From contig NC_043019.1 in NCBI RefSeq assembly GCF_006345805.1, positions 12,833,360 through 12,897,359 on the forward strand: a stretch of DNA of 64,000 nucleotides, written 5' to 3'. Shown here piece by piece: positions 27,889-39,399 of the stretch (position 1 is its first letter; the number at the start of each line of letters is the position of its first letter). This stretch comes from Octopus sinensis. Its lineage: Eukaryota. Under the pieces are notes generated by a model that did not search any database, was not told the DNA's origin, and saw only the letters and a program-made list of their open reading frames with translations. The position numbers and the translations under genes are program-made.

Positions 27889-28467
27889 GTAAATCAATCA
27901 CATCTTTACACATTTTCTTTCAGTTAACATCTGTTGTCCATGCTGGCATGGGTTGGTGTAACCAGAGCTGGCAAGCCAGCAGGATGCACCAGACTCCAGT
28001 CTGATTTGGCATGGTTTCTACAGCTGGATGCCCTTCCTAATGCCAACCACTTACAGCATGTGCTGGGTGCTTTCCACATGGTACTGCATAGGCGCTTTTA
28101 AATGGTACCACACAGGTGCTTTTATGTGATGCCATAAGGGTGGGGTACTTTTATATGTTGTGGCAACACCATAAGTACTTTACACCACCAGAAGGATCAG
28201 TCTTAACACACATGTATGTATACATATTTTACAGTCAATAAAGTACATTTCGAATGTAGTAAAGCTGTAAGGACAGCAGAGACAGAAGGGTGGAGGCTTA
28301 GCTCACATTATAAAAGTGAGGATGACAGTGAAACTGGAAAGAGATAAATTAGTGGTGAGGAGGTACCACAGTGGTTCTGCAAACTTTATGAAGTGTTATC
28401 CACCAGATCTTTCTCTGTTATCAACCATTAACCCATTAGCATTCACAATATTTTTTCAAATGTTGAT

Positions 28468-28808
28468 TGAGACCCCCTTCGGTCATGACTGACCATGGGA
28501 TTGCACCTAGAAAGTTACCCTCCCAGGCACAAGTCCAGGCAAGGTTGTTCATGGAAGACCAGCATTCGCCCATGCATACCGGCCTCCCCTCTCCTCGCTA
28601 CCAGTGTTATCCAAGGGAAAGGCAAAGGGGCCGATACAGCTTGGCACCTGTGACGTCGCAACTCATTTCTACAGCTGAGTGAACTGGAGCAACATGAAAT
28701 AAAATGTCTTGCTCAAGAACACAACACGCAGCCCGGTCCAGGATTCGAACTCACAACCTCACGATCGTATGCTCGACGCTCTAACCACTGAGCCATGCAT
28801 CTTCACAT
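28468..28808 (-). mobile_element. Third tRNA-derived SINE family (partial copy at 5225-5455)
   Basis: Head TGGCTCAGTGG...GGTTGTGAGTTCGAATCC on the minus strand. Body shared with 5225-5455. Confidence 0.75.
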
Positions 28809-28884
28809 GTAATGCTTATTTATTCACATTGGTTTGAATTAATCATGCATTACCTTGTAGCTTCGAGATATCAGTGATGGGATT

Positions 28885-29333
28885 GTATATTGGTTCTTGG
28901 TCTCAAGAATTTGTCTTATGAAGAAAGGCTGAAGACGCTCGACCTTTATTCTCTAGAAAAACGACGACGCCGTGGAGATCTCATTCTTGCTCACAACATC
29001 ATAAGCGGAAAGTGTAACCTCTCGAAAGAGCTGTTCTTCACTCCTGCTCCAGAGCGTCGGCTGCGGGGTCATTCCGAAAAGCTCTATCTGTGACGATTTC
29101 ATCTCAATCGAAGGAGAGGGGCTTTCTCTTGTCCGGGTTGCGGATCCGTGGAATAAGCTGCTAGACGAGGTGGTGAAGATGCCGACGACCGCTCGGTTCA
29201 AAGTCTCCCTTGACCTCAAGTGGCCTGAACTCTTTACATGAACACCCTCCCTGTACATAACTCCATGTCCCCCTACATGGCCTTGATTTTTGCTTTTTGA
29301 GCCAAAAAATTAACTAACTAACTAACTAACTAT
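28885..29333 (+). mobile_element. CR1-like LINE 3' fragment with (AACT)n tail
   Basis: GLKNLSYEERLKTLDLYSLEKRRRRGDLILAHNII...LRGHSEKL. Confidence 0.85.
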
Positions 29334-29473
29334 TTTTACTATGACATTGTCAAGTAGGTGTGAAAGGGCAGATCGGGCCAGTTTAAACATAAAACAAATA
29401 GAAAATTTGGGGCCAGATATGGTCGGTTTATTTGCTAAAGGGTTAATATCGTCTTTGTTCTTTCTTTCAACAG

Positions 29474-29611
29474 CTGCCGATTGCCATTGACATCCTGCGC
29501 CATCCTAGTGAGTGTGCTGGTAAAAGTACTGCCAGCCATGCTGCTGTTTTAGCGCCAGACAACGTCAGTGTCTACACGTATCCTTGTGTGCCAAATTACG
29601 ATAAAGACAAA
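29474..29611 (+). CDS. DTWD1: DTWD1 coding exon 2
   Basis: LPIAIDILRHPSECAGKSTASHAAVLAPDNVSVYTYPCVPNYDKDK. CAG acceptor, GTAAGT donor, phase 0-0. Absent from the ORF track. Confidence 0.93.
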
Positions 29612-29632
29612 GTAAGTATTAATTAGAAATTG

Positions 29633-29982
29633 ATGGCTGTGTGGTAAGTCGCTTGCTTACCAACCACATGGTTCCGGGGTTCAGTCCCACTGCGTGGCAT
29701 CTTGGGCAAGTTTCTTCTACTATAGCCTCGGACCGACAGTTGTCAAGCGATGTTGGGGGGACAAACACAGACACACAAACTTATACACACACATACATAT
29801 ATATATACATATGTACGACAGGCTTCTTTCAGTTTCCTGTCTACCAAATCCACTCACAAGGCTTTGGTCGGCCTGAGGCTACAGTAGAAGGCACTTGCCC
29901 AAGGTGCCGTGCAGTGGGAATTAACCTGGAAACAGGTAGTTGGTAAGCAAGCTACTTACCACACAGCCGCTCCTGCACCTAT
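29633..29982. mobile_element. Two CORE-SINE 5' parts in inverted orientation (29633-29737 +, 29738-29982 -)
   Basis: Head sequences are reverse complements of each other. Confidence 0.85.
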
Positions 29983-30155
29983 ATTTAATTTAATTATTAT
30001 CATAATTAATTTAATTTTTTCCATGTTTTTTTACATGTCAGTATTATCATTCGAAATGATTATGTGGATTAAAAATTTATAAAAACTTTCAACATTTTCT
30101 CTTCTCCATTTTTTTGTAACTGTTAGTTGGGTTTATATAGAATTTTATCCTATAT

Positions 30156-30558
30156 CTAACCGTATCGCCCGGCGTTGCTCGGGTTTGTTTCAGCCCTTTA
30201 GAATTGGAATTTTTGAAAAGTAAAAATTTTGCATTATGTAGCTTGTTATTTTCTTTAAGTGAACATTTTTATCTGGTTGAAATACACCAAAAAATGGCAA
30301 CACAGCAGTCAAAAAATCGTAAAAAATAAGGATTTTCATAGAAAAAAAGCACCTTTTTGATGTAAATAATTTTTGGTGTTAACAAGGTCCAATTTGAATT
30401 TTTTCTTTTATACGGAAGGAAGAGCAAGCCCTCTTCTATCATACTCTCAATTTTGGTCAACTTGTGCCGCAGGGTCTCGGAGGAGATAGTGTTAGTTGAA
30501 GGCTACCAAACCTGCCACACACAGACAACTTCATTTTATATAAATAGAGAGAGAGAGA
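30156..30558 (-). mobile_element. Second Helitron family: same termini, different interior
   Basis: A|TC...TATATAAAATGAAGTTG 5' end, same CCCGAGCAACGCCGGG hairpin, degenerate TTAG end. Confidence 0.7.
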
Positions 30559-30710
30559 TACTCATAACACATTTTTAATTAATACATATATGTATTAATT
30601 AGTGGATGGAAAAGTTGGGTGGACGAACAAATGGACAGTAGGTTGTTTGGTCAGTCATTTACTTGTTCAATTCACTACAAACTTAAATTGGTTGATTCTG
30701 TATTTTCTAG

Positions 30711-31038
30711 GTTGTTTTGGTTTTCCCTGGACCTCAGTCTGTCACACTTGAAGAGTTAAAGGCTGCTGCTGCTGCTGGGTGCATCTCCAATCCACAGACT
30801 TCTTCAGATTCTCAACATGAAATTGGGGACAAACCATATACCCATGTTAACAACGAAGATTCTACAAATGGTTTGAACGATTCTACAAAAGCTACAAAGA
30901 GGAAATCTGATTCAGCAGGTTCTCCAACTCCATGTCGAAAATACACTAAACTGTCCAAGGCGCCATTTGAAAGGGTAATCTTCATTGACTGCACATGGAA
31001 CCAAACCAACCGAATTTCTAAAGATGATCGTCTAAAAG
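30711..31038 (+). CDS. DTWD1: DTWD1 coding exon 3
   Basis: VVLVFPGPQS...RVIFIDCTWNQTNRISKDDRLKG contains the DxTW motif. TAG acceptor, GTAAAT donor, phase 0-1. Confidence 0.93.
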
Positions 31039-31044
31039 GTAAAT

Positions 31045-31660
31045 AATCATCATCATCGTCATCATTGTTCGTTTAACGTCCACTTTCCATGCTGGCATGG
31101 GTTGGACGATTTGACTGAGGACTGGCGAACCAGATGGCTGCACCAGGCTCCAATCTGATCTGGCTGAGATTCTACAGCTTGATGCCCTTCCTAATGCCAA
31201 CCACTCTGAGAGTGTAGTGGGTGCTTTAATGTGCCACCGGCACGAGGGCCAGTCTGGCGGTACTGGCAATGGTCACGCTCAAATGGTGTTTTTTATGTGC
31301 CACCTGCACAGGAGTCAGTCCAGCGGCACTGGCAACGACCTTGCTCAAATGTTTTGTCCACGTGCCACTGGCACAAGTACCAGTAAGGCGACGCTGGTCA
31401 CGATCACGCTCGAATGGTGCTTTTGGAAGCCAGTCAGCTGCTCTTGCAGTGATCCTACCCAGATGGAGCTGTCAGCGCTCCATTGGCACGCGTGCCATTC
31501 ATCGAATTTGGTTTGATTTCTATTTCATTTGCCTCAACAGGTCTTTGCAAGCAGAGTTTTGTGTCCAAAGAAGGAAAGGTACGCATAAGTGGGCTGGCTT
31601 CAACCCTGGTAAAGGCCACGGGTTATGGTCTCACTTGTCTTGTCGGGTCTTCTCCCACAC
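31045..31660 (-). mobile_element. RTE 3' end starting 6 nt after the DTWD1 exon 3 donor
   Basis: Tail, core and diverged VNTR. Confidence 0.8.
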
Positions 31661-32367
31661 AGATGCCATTAAGTTATTGTTGTTGTTGATGCTGTCATTG
31701 TTATTGATACTCCTGATATTGTTATTAAGCCTCAGATCAACTTTGAGCAAGCCTACAATCAAAAGCATTCCAGCCTTGACCATCATGTCTCTATATTTTC
31801 TTTTTTCAGAATATGTAAAATTACCTTATCCAGTGCCCCACTTTCTTTACTTTAGACAGTAGGTTGTGTTTTGAGGGAAACTTGACTGCTAGTTCTAGCA
31901 GAACAAACGACCACATAGAGGAATTCGTCATTGTTTTTATTGGTTGGCCCTGATCCTGTAGACCAGTGATTCCCAACCAGTGGTATGCAAGGGCTTTCCA
32001 GGTGGTGCGCCTGATGCTATGTGTGACCTTGAGGGGCACATGCGTATAAAATGTGCCATGTGCTCATTAATAAATGACAGTTGCTCGTTTGGTTTCTGGT
32101 GCATGTCTTCGTTCTCTCTGGGCTGGGTAGAGGCTCACTGGGGGCAAGTGAGGCAAGCATGCCATTACAAGTTAATATTTTCTTCATAAAAATGTTTACT
32201 GCCTTACACGAGGTAATCTAGCGGTGTTTTGCTACTTTTATATCCATAATTTTCTTATTGTGTATATTATTATTATTAGTATTAATATTATTTTGTATAT
32301 TTTTTTATTTTTATATTTTTTTATTTCTTGATTGATTAATTTTTCAACTTTTCCACAGGATTTAATA

Positions 32368-32909
32368 TTGGGTTGTCCTGAAAGTTTGTGCCGATTTATA
32401 GTAGCTTACCTTTCGACTTATTTTAGAACATGGTTGAGTCCATAAAATAGGATTTGACTAAGCTACATTTTCACAGAAGAAGGTTTATGTTCCTGTAACC
32501 TGTGTTAATTCTGTCACCCTTTAAAGTGAAAGATAAGAAAGTTCATTTTTGGCACTTGATGCTTTGGGAACCAGATAAAAATTACTGCAGCTCGGCTGGG
32601 ATGTGTTACCCCACCCTCCATATTCACCAGATATTGCTCCTTCGGATTCCCACTTATTCAGGTCTCTGCAGAATAGTCTTAATGGTAAAAATTTCAATTC
32701 CTTGAATGGCATAAAAAGATACCTTTATGAATTATTTGTGATGAAACCATCTCAATTCTGGGAAGAGGGTGTTTTCAAGTTAAAGGAAAGATGGAGACGC
32801 ATTGTGCAACAAAATGGTTCATATTTGGTTGATTTAAAATGTAATGGCAAGTATTTATTGACCCTTTTCTTTCCTTTAAAAATCGGCACGAACTTTCTGG
32901 ACAACCCAA
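32368..32909 (+). mobile_element. Internally deleted mariner (Tc1/mariner) element
   Basis: TIRs TTGGGTTGTCC...GCCGATTT, TA duplication, transposase C-terminus GWDVLPHPPYSPDIAPSD...RWRRIVQQNGSY. Confidence 0.92.
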
Positions 32910-32946
32910 TAACATGCATTATACATATATATATATATATATATAC

Positions 32947-33023
<77 letters not shown>

Positions 33024-33032
<9 letters not shown>

Positions 33033-33263
33033 TAAATGAAAGAATGGAGTCGAACGAAGATGTTAACAAAATTCCTTTTTCTCGACATATGTTTCGAAGA
33101 CCACATGGTTTCATTTGAAAGGAATAAAGGGTGTATGATGCAATCTTCTCATCAGGAAAGAAAATTGCATCATATACCATGTTGTCTTCAAAACATATGT
33201 CGAGAGTAAAGGAATTTTGTTAACATCTTCGTTCGACTCCATTCTTTCATTTATTCGTATATA
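33024..33263. mobile_element. Fold-back MITE (~80-bp TIRs plus inner hairpin) in (TA)n
   Basis: GAATAAATGAAAGAATGGAGTCGAACGAAGATGTTAAC... with reverse complement at 33190-33263. Confidence 0.8.
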
Positions 33264-33586
33264 ACACACAAATTTCTGCAAATGAACCCGGAGTTTCTAC
33301 CCTTGGACAGGTCGCTTCAACCGTGTTTCTGACGCGAATTTGCTACCCTGGTATCGGTTCAACGCATTTTCCATGCTGATGATAAACATAGGATAATTCA
33401 TTCACTTATAGAAATATATATATATATATTTGTATATATAATAAACTGAGATGATAAAAGGAATGAACAATTATGATATGAACTTCAATAGCTTTTAGCT
33501 GTTTCTGCTGTAAGATGCAGTGCACCCACATTTGAGTACTTCAGTATCACCCTGTTGCTTCTTCAGAGCTTGAAACATATGTACAT

Positions 33587-33624
<38 letters not shown>

Positions 33625-33650
33625 CTTGTTTCTCTTTCTTCTCTTACTAG

Positions 33651-33928
33651 GAATTCGTTGTGTGGAGATGAAGACCAGGCACACCAAATTCTGGCGCCAC
33701 CAGCGGGACAAACCAAACACCTATTTGAGTACTGTTGAAGCAATCTACTATTTTCTACGGGACTACCATACGTATTTTATCAGTGACGAGTACCACGGAG
33801 AATATGACAACCTCCTCTTTTTCTTTTGCTTTATGTATCAAAAGATACGGTGTATGTACGATGGAGGACACCATCTCCTTGCTTATAAACAAAAAGACAA
33901 AAAAGAATCTGAAGAAACACAATCATAG
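33651..33928 (+). CDS. DTWD1: DTWD1 last coding exon; total CDS 909 nt / 302 aa
   Basis: [28 protein letters not shown]...[16 protein letters not shown] stop at 33926-33928. Confidence 0.94.
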
Positions 33929-33965
33929 TGTAGAATTAATTGATATACATTTTTATTAACTTTTA

Positions 33966-33971
33966 ATTAAA
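33966..33971 (+). promoter_or_regulatory. Candidate DTWD1 polyadenylation signal ATTAAA
   Basis: First PAS-type hexamer 38 nt after the stop, in AT-rich context. Confidence 0.35.
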
Positions 33972-34075
33972 TATCCCTTTGCAATCATTTATATGGAAAT
34001 ATATTTTTTTATAAACATATTCAAATTCCGTTTTGGTTTTCATTTCACACATTCATGTGTATGTATCTATATATA

Positions 34076-34913
34076 TCATCATCATCATCATTTAGCGTCC
34101 GCTTTCCATGCGGTTCAACTGGGGACTGTGAAGCCAGAAGGCTGCATCAGGCCCAGTCTGATCTGGCAGTGTTTCTATAGCTGGATGCCCTTCCTAACGC
34201 CAACCTCTCCGTGAGTGTAGTGGGTGCTTTTTACATGCCACCCGCACAGGTGCCAGATGGAGCTGGCAAACGGCCACGGACGGATGGTGCTTTTTACGTG
34301 CCACTGACACGGGGGCCAGGCGAGGCTGGCAACGGCCACGATCGGATGGTGCTTTTTACGATCGTGCCACCGGCATCGGGGCCAGGCGAGGCTGGCAACG
34401 GCCACGAACGGATGGTGCTATGTGCCACCGGGACGGGGGCCAGGCGATGCTGGCAACGACCACGAACGGATGGTGCTTTTACGTGCCACTGGTACGGTGG
34501 ACAGTCGGGGCGGCGCTGGCAACGGCCACGATTGGATGGTTCTCTTACTTGTCACCGGCACTGGTATCACAGCTGTAATTTCCATTGATATTGATCGACT
34601 TCGACTTTGGTTCAGCTTTCTGATATCTGATTTGATTTGGTTTGATTTTGATTTTGATTTTGATTTTCACTTGCCTCAATGGGTCTTCACAAGTGGAGTT
34701 TTGTGTCCCAAGAAGGAAAGGTATGTATAAGTCGGCTGGCTACATACCAGGTAGAGGCCACAGGTTATGGTCTCACTAGTCTTGCCGGGTCTTCTCACGC
34801 ACAGCATACTTCCATAGGTCTCGGTCTCTAGTCATTTCCTTGGTGAGACCTAAAGTTTGAAGGTCGTGCTTCACCACCTCGTCCCAGGTTTTCCTGGGCC
34901 TACCTCTTCCACA
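34076..34913 (-). mobile_element. RTE 3' end including ORF2 C-terminus, ~5 VNTR units
   Basis: Minus-strand GRGRPRKTWDEVVKHDLQTLGLTKEMTRDRDLWKYAV followed by 3' UTR, VNTR and tail. Confidence 0.88.
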
Positions 34914-35702
34914 TATATATATATATATATATATACATATATAATAATAATAATAATAGGGAGTAAATGCAAACTTACAGGGAAAAATTAGATTCAGGAT
35001 TAAATTTAATTTTACAGTATAAATTTTATTTTATTTTTTTTATTTCATCTAGTTTCAGCTCACAAGCTGTGGCCATGCTGGGGCACCGCCATTTATATAT
35101 TAAATTAGAGATAAAACGACTATTAGGCAAATCAAGCAGTGAAAAACATAAACCAAAACATAGAAATAAAATTAATTAATATAATATACAAATTATAAAA
35201 TTCAAAATTTAAATTATTGTTTGATTTGCCTAATAGTGGTTTTATCTCTAATTTAATATATATATATATACGTTTTTTTCACGCTAACTACTTGATAATT
35301 TCTTATGAAGATTTTATCCTATTTTTAAATTTATATTTTTCACCGGAACAGTTCTATACTGAATTTTCGTTCCGAGTAAGCATGTTGTTACCGAAATGCA
35401 ATTCGAAAAGCCCGCCATTTACATAGATATGTAGGGATGAACAGTCATATATGCTGCGATGGACACTACAGTTGCTCGTCTGGTATATTATTTTTGTTTA
35501 TTCATACATATCTTGAGTTCGTTGCACTGAAGAACATAAAATGCATATACTGCATTGATTGTGAAATCACAGGTGATATGTAACTAAATTCTGTTTTTAA
35601 ATGACTTGCTTCGATGATTGCATTCAGTACAATTTGTTTATTTTGGTAGTTTTGACTTGAAAAGTCCCTCCTAGCATGCGGCATTTATGTGTAATAGTGC
35701 CC

Positions 35703-36096
35703 TCTTTTTTACTTTTACTTGTTTCAGTCATTTGACTGCGGCCATGCTGGAGCACCACCTTTAGTCGAGCAAATCGACCCCGGGATTTATTCTTTGTAAG
35801 CCCAGTACTTATTCTATCGGTCTCTTTTGCCGAATTGCTAAGTGACTGGGACGTAAAAACACCAGCATCGGCTGTCAAGCAATGCTAGGGGGACAAACAC
35901 AGACACACATACATATATATACATATACATATATACGACAGGTTTCTTTCAGTTTCCGTCTACCAAATCCACTCACAAGGCATTGATCGGCCTGGGGCTA
36001 TAGCAGAAGACACTTGCCTAAGATGCCACGCAGTGGGACTGAACCTGGAACCATGTGGTTGGTTAGCAAGCTACTTACCACACAGCCATTCCTGCC
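35703..36096 (-). mobile_element. CORE-type SINE in the probable 3' UTR of the unnamed gene
   Basis: Full length, sense to that gene. Confidence 0.85.
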
Positions 36097-36263
36097 TCTA
36101 TATAATATAAATATATATATATATCTATATATCACCGTGACCAACCAGGCTATCAGATGTCGCTACACATCGCTGGTCACAATGCATTTCACATTGTTTA
36201 TGCCAGCACAAAAACGAACGTTAAACGATGATGATGTATGCGTGTGTAAAATATATATTCCAG

Positions 36264-36319
36264 TTACAAGATGATGGCAATGAGAACTGCAATGCAAAGG
36301 CTGGTTCCTAATGGATAAC
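36264..36319 (-). CDS. Unnamed protein last exon: hydrophobic C-terminal tail GYPLGTSLCIAVLIAIIL*
   Basis: Poly-T tract + GCAG acceptor, phase 1 in frame with exon 3, TAA stop directly after an 11-aa hydrophobic run. Confidence 0.78.
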
Positions 36320-36460
36320 CTGCAAAAAAAAAAAAAAAAAAAGAATAATAAAACATGTTTTGTTTTTTAATAAAAAAAACAGTAATATCTGCCAGGCTTA
36401 ACCCTTTTGATACCAACTTGTTTAAAACTGCTTTTGTTTCTATGGTACAAATTTCTTGTT

Positions 36461-36686
36461 TTAACCCTTTAGTATTTAAACCGGCCATATCCGGCCAAAA
36501 TAGCTAATCTGTTTTATGTTCAAACTGACCAGATCCAGGCTCTCACACCTACCCTACAATGTTATTCTACATTAAGTAATTACACCATCAAGATCTTGAA
36601 GATATGAGATATGCATGATTAATTCAAATCAATGTGAATCAATAGGCATTATATTTAATAGAATAATCTGAACACTAAAGGGTTAA
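36461..36686. mobile_element. piggyBac-like MITE (TTAA|CCCTTT...AAAGGG|TTAA); relatives at 36747-36960, 29345-29445 and 38423-38652
   Basis: TTAA target duplication and CCC/GGG termini. Confidence 0.8.
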
Positions 36687-37324
36687 AGGGCTCTCAAAAT
36701 TTTCTTCTATCAAAATTTCTTGTAAATTTATGTCTGAAACACTAGCTTAACCCATTAGCATTTAAACCGGCCATATCCGGCCAAAAGTATTCTGTCTGTT
36801 TTATGTTCAAACTGGTCTCTTACACCAACCCTACAATATCGTTCTAGAAATTAACAGCTACCTCATCAAAATCTCATAGCTACAAGATAATGCATGATTA
36901 GTTCAAAACAATGTGGATAAAAAAAGGATTAATTTTGGCAGAATAATGCGAACACTAAATAATGACCAACTTATTTGACTAAATTTTTCAGTGTTTTCAA
37001 AATTAATTTAACCCTTTTGATACCAACCCAGCTGAAACCAGCTCTGGCTCTGTAGTACAAATGTCTTGTTTTCCTAAATTTTGAATTAAAATCTTCCACT
37101 AAACCTTAGTCACAATTGTGGTTGGTTAGCAAGCTACTTACCATACAGCCACTCCTGCTAATTTATGTTCCAAACCCCAGTTAAGTAATAACAATTATCT
37201 TAATTGAGACAAAGACGATATATTCAAGGGCCATGGTGAAAGCAAAGGGTTGTCAATTTATATTGTAAACATGGCCAATAAAGAACAACAATAAATGTAA
37301 TTATTATTATTATTATTAAAATGA

Positions 37325-37551
37325 AAAGCTGGCAGAAACGTTAGCACGCCGGGCGAAATGCTTAGCGGTATTTCGTCTGCGTTATGTTGTGAGTTCAAAT
37401 TCCACCGAGGTCAACTTTGCCTTTCATCCTTTCGGGGATCAATAAATTAAGTACCAGTGAAACATTGGGGGTGGATGTAAACAACTAGTCCCTTCTCAAC
37501 AAAATTTCAGGCCGTGCACCTTTAATAGAAAGGATTGTTATAATAATAATA

Positions 37552-37560
<9 letters not shown>
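37325..37560 (+). mobile_element. Short SINE-like family (GAGCTGGCAGAA...GAGTTCAAATTCC...CATCCTTTCGGGG) with (TAA)n tail; fragments at 15545, 22100, 26870 and 27305
   Basis: Dispersed copies, B-box-like GTTCAAATTCC. Confidence 0.7.
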
Positions 37561-37587
<27 letters not shown>

Positions 37588-37621
37588 CAATAATAAGTAG
37601 TAGTAGTAGCAGCAGCAGTAC

Positions 37622-37951
37622 CTGAAGTAGTAGTAGCAGCAGTAGTAGTAGTAGTATCAGTAGCAGCAGTAGTAGTAGTAGTAGTCTTTAGCTGTATTTC
37701 AATTGTTCCTAGAGTTTCCGGCATTAGTATTTGAGGTTCCACATTGAATTTCCATTTTAAACATTCTTTTCTGACACTCCGTATCCAGAAAGTAGAACTG
37801 TTGCCACCGTTTGTAACTTTAAAATCTTCGTGATCAAGGCATGTTTTGTCACATTCATACCTTCGGTTTGCACAACTCCAGTGAAAGGGAGTTCTTAGAT
37901 TAGGAATTTCTTCAGTGCTAAGAAGTACACTTTGTCCCAATTCCACTGGTT
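37622..37951 (-). CDS. Unnamed protein exon 3: 4-Cys, Ig-like-looking domain + Thr/Ala stalk
   Basis: TTTATTTCAG acceptor, CAG|GTACTG donor, 330 nt phase 1-1, stop-free. KPVELGQSVLLS...HWSC...YECDKTC...NSSTFWIRSVRKECLKWKF...TTTTTTAATDTTTTTAATTTS. Confidence 0.8.
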
Positions 37952-38034
37952 CTGAAATAAAGAAGTAATAGGTAGAATTGGATACAACTTAGTCACCCAT
38001 AACAGATTCATTGTCGTTAGAACCTGCCACTCAC

Positions 38035-38082
38035 TCGCATGCTCTTTGGTTTTGTGCCAGGGAGAAGTAATACAGATGCCAT
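38035..38082 (-). CDS. Unnamed secreted/GPI-like protein, coding exon 2 (YGICITSPWHKTKEHA)
   Basis: Pyrimidine tract + TAAG-AAG acceptor, GTGAGT donor, 48 nt phase 1-1. Completes the signal peptide. Confidence 0.75.
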
Positions 38083-38689
38083 CTTCTTAGAAACACAAAT
38101 GCAAAAGAAGTATTTAGCTAAAAGTAAGCCATTGTAGGTGGCATTTGTTAGGCCTGAGAGCCTTTCACATGCTCTCCTACTCTGGGATGAGGTGGTCTCT
38201 GAAGAAGCTAGAGGTACATGGCTTGTGAAAACCAAACTAGCCATGTACAGGGGTACTATCAGTCAGGTGGGCCCTTGAATACATCATCTTTGTCTCAATT
38301 AAGATAAGTGTTATTACTTAACTGGGGCTTGGAATATAAATTAGCATAGAATTATGGAAGGTTTTAATTTAGATCACTTTAACCCTTTTGTTACCATACT
38401 TGTTGAAGCACACTACATTTGTTTAACCCTTTCGTTACTGTATTTATTTTGAGATGCTCTGTCTTTCTTTCAATTAATTTTAAATATAACAAAGAATTTA
38501 GTAAAATAACTTAGTTATCATTAAGCTTGTGTGAGGAACATAAATTGTGACTAAGGTTTAGTGGAAGATTTTTATTCAAAATTTAGGAAAACAAGACATT
38601 TGTACTACAGAGCCAGAGCCAGTTTCAGCTGGGTTGGTATCAAAAGGGTTAAATTAATTTTGAAAACACTGAAGAATTTAGTCAAATAG

Positions 38690-38968
38690 CGTGGCTGTCT
38701 GCCAGCCTCGTCTGGCACCTGTGTCGGTGGCACATAAAAAACACCATTCGAGCGTGACCATCTGCCAGCCTCGTCTGGCACCTGTGTCGGTGGCACATAA
38801 AATCACCCACTACACTCTCGGAGTGGTTGGCGTTAGGAAGGGCATCCAGCTGTAGAAACACTGCCAGATCTGACTGGCCTGGTGCAGCCTTCGGGCTTGC
38901 CAGACCCCAGTTGAACCGTCCAACCCATGCTAGCATGGAAAGCGGACGTTAAACGATGATGATGATGA
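38690..38968 (+). mobile_element. RTE 3' end, 2 VNTR units
   Basis: Core + (GAT)n. Confidence 0.82.
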
Positions 38969-39165
38969 AGTTTGTCATTATTAAGAAAGTATTTCAAACG
39001 TAAATTTACAAGAAATTTTGATGGAAGAGTACAGTAATGGACTTTGGGTAGATCTACATGTGCACCACAGCTCAGTTCTCAGTTCCGTCTTCTTAATCAC
39101 TGTCCTCTAGGTCACAACAAAGGAATTTAATACTAGCTGCCCTTGGGAACTACTATATGCTAATG

Positions 39166-39384
39166 CAGTGCTTTTCAACCTTTTTGCTGGAGCGGAACCC
39201 CAAGAAAATATTTCACTGGCTCGAGGAACCCCTGTGCAATAATTTAATTGTCTTATGCACACATATCTGCATAGGAGAATTAAAAATTACTGTCGATTTT
39301 AGCATTTTTGTAACTTCTTGCAGAACCCCTGGACTGTACTGGCGGAACCCTAAGGTTCCGTGGAACCCTGGTTGAAAACCACTG
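39166..39384. mobile_element. hAT-like MITE, perfect 8-bp TSD TGCTAATG
   Basis: CAGTG...CACTG termini. TSD at 39158-39165 and 39385-39392. Confidence 0.88.
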
Positions 39385-39399
39385 TGCTAATGAGCTCAT

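Noticed and set aside
37008-38652. Single piggyBac-like element that captured two exons (Pack-type)
   Set aside because: The inverted homology extends beyond the TTAA ends, the right-hand MITE is complete on its own, and exons 1 and 4 lie outside. Better explained as an inverted duplication in a resident gene.
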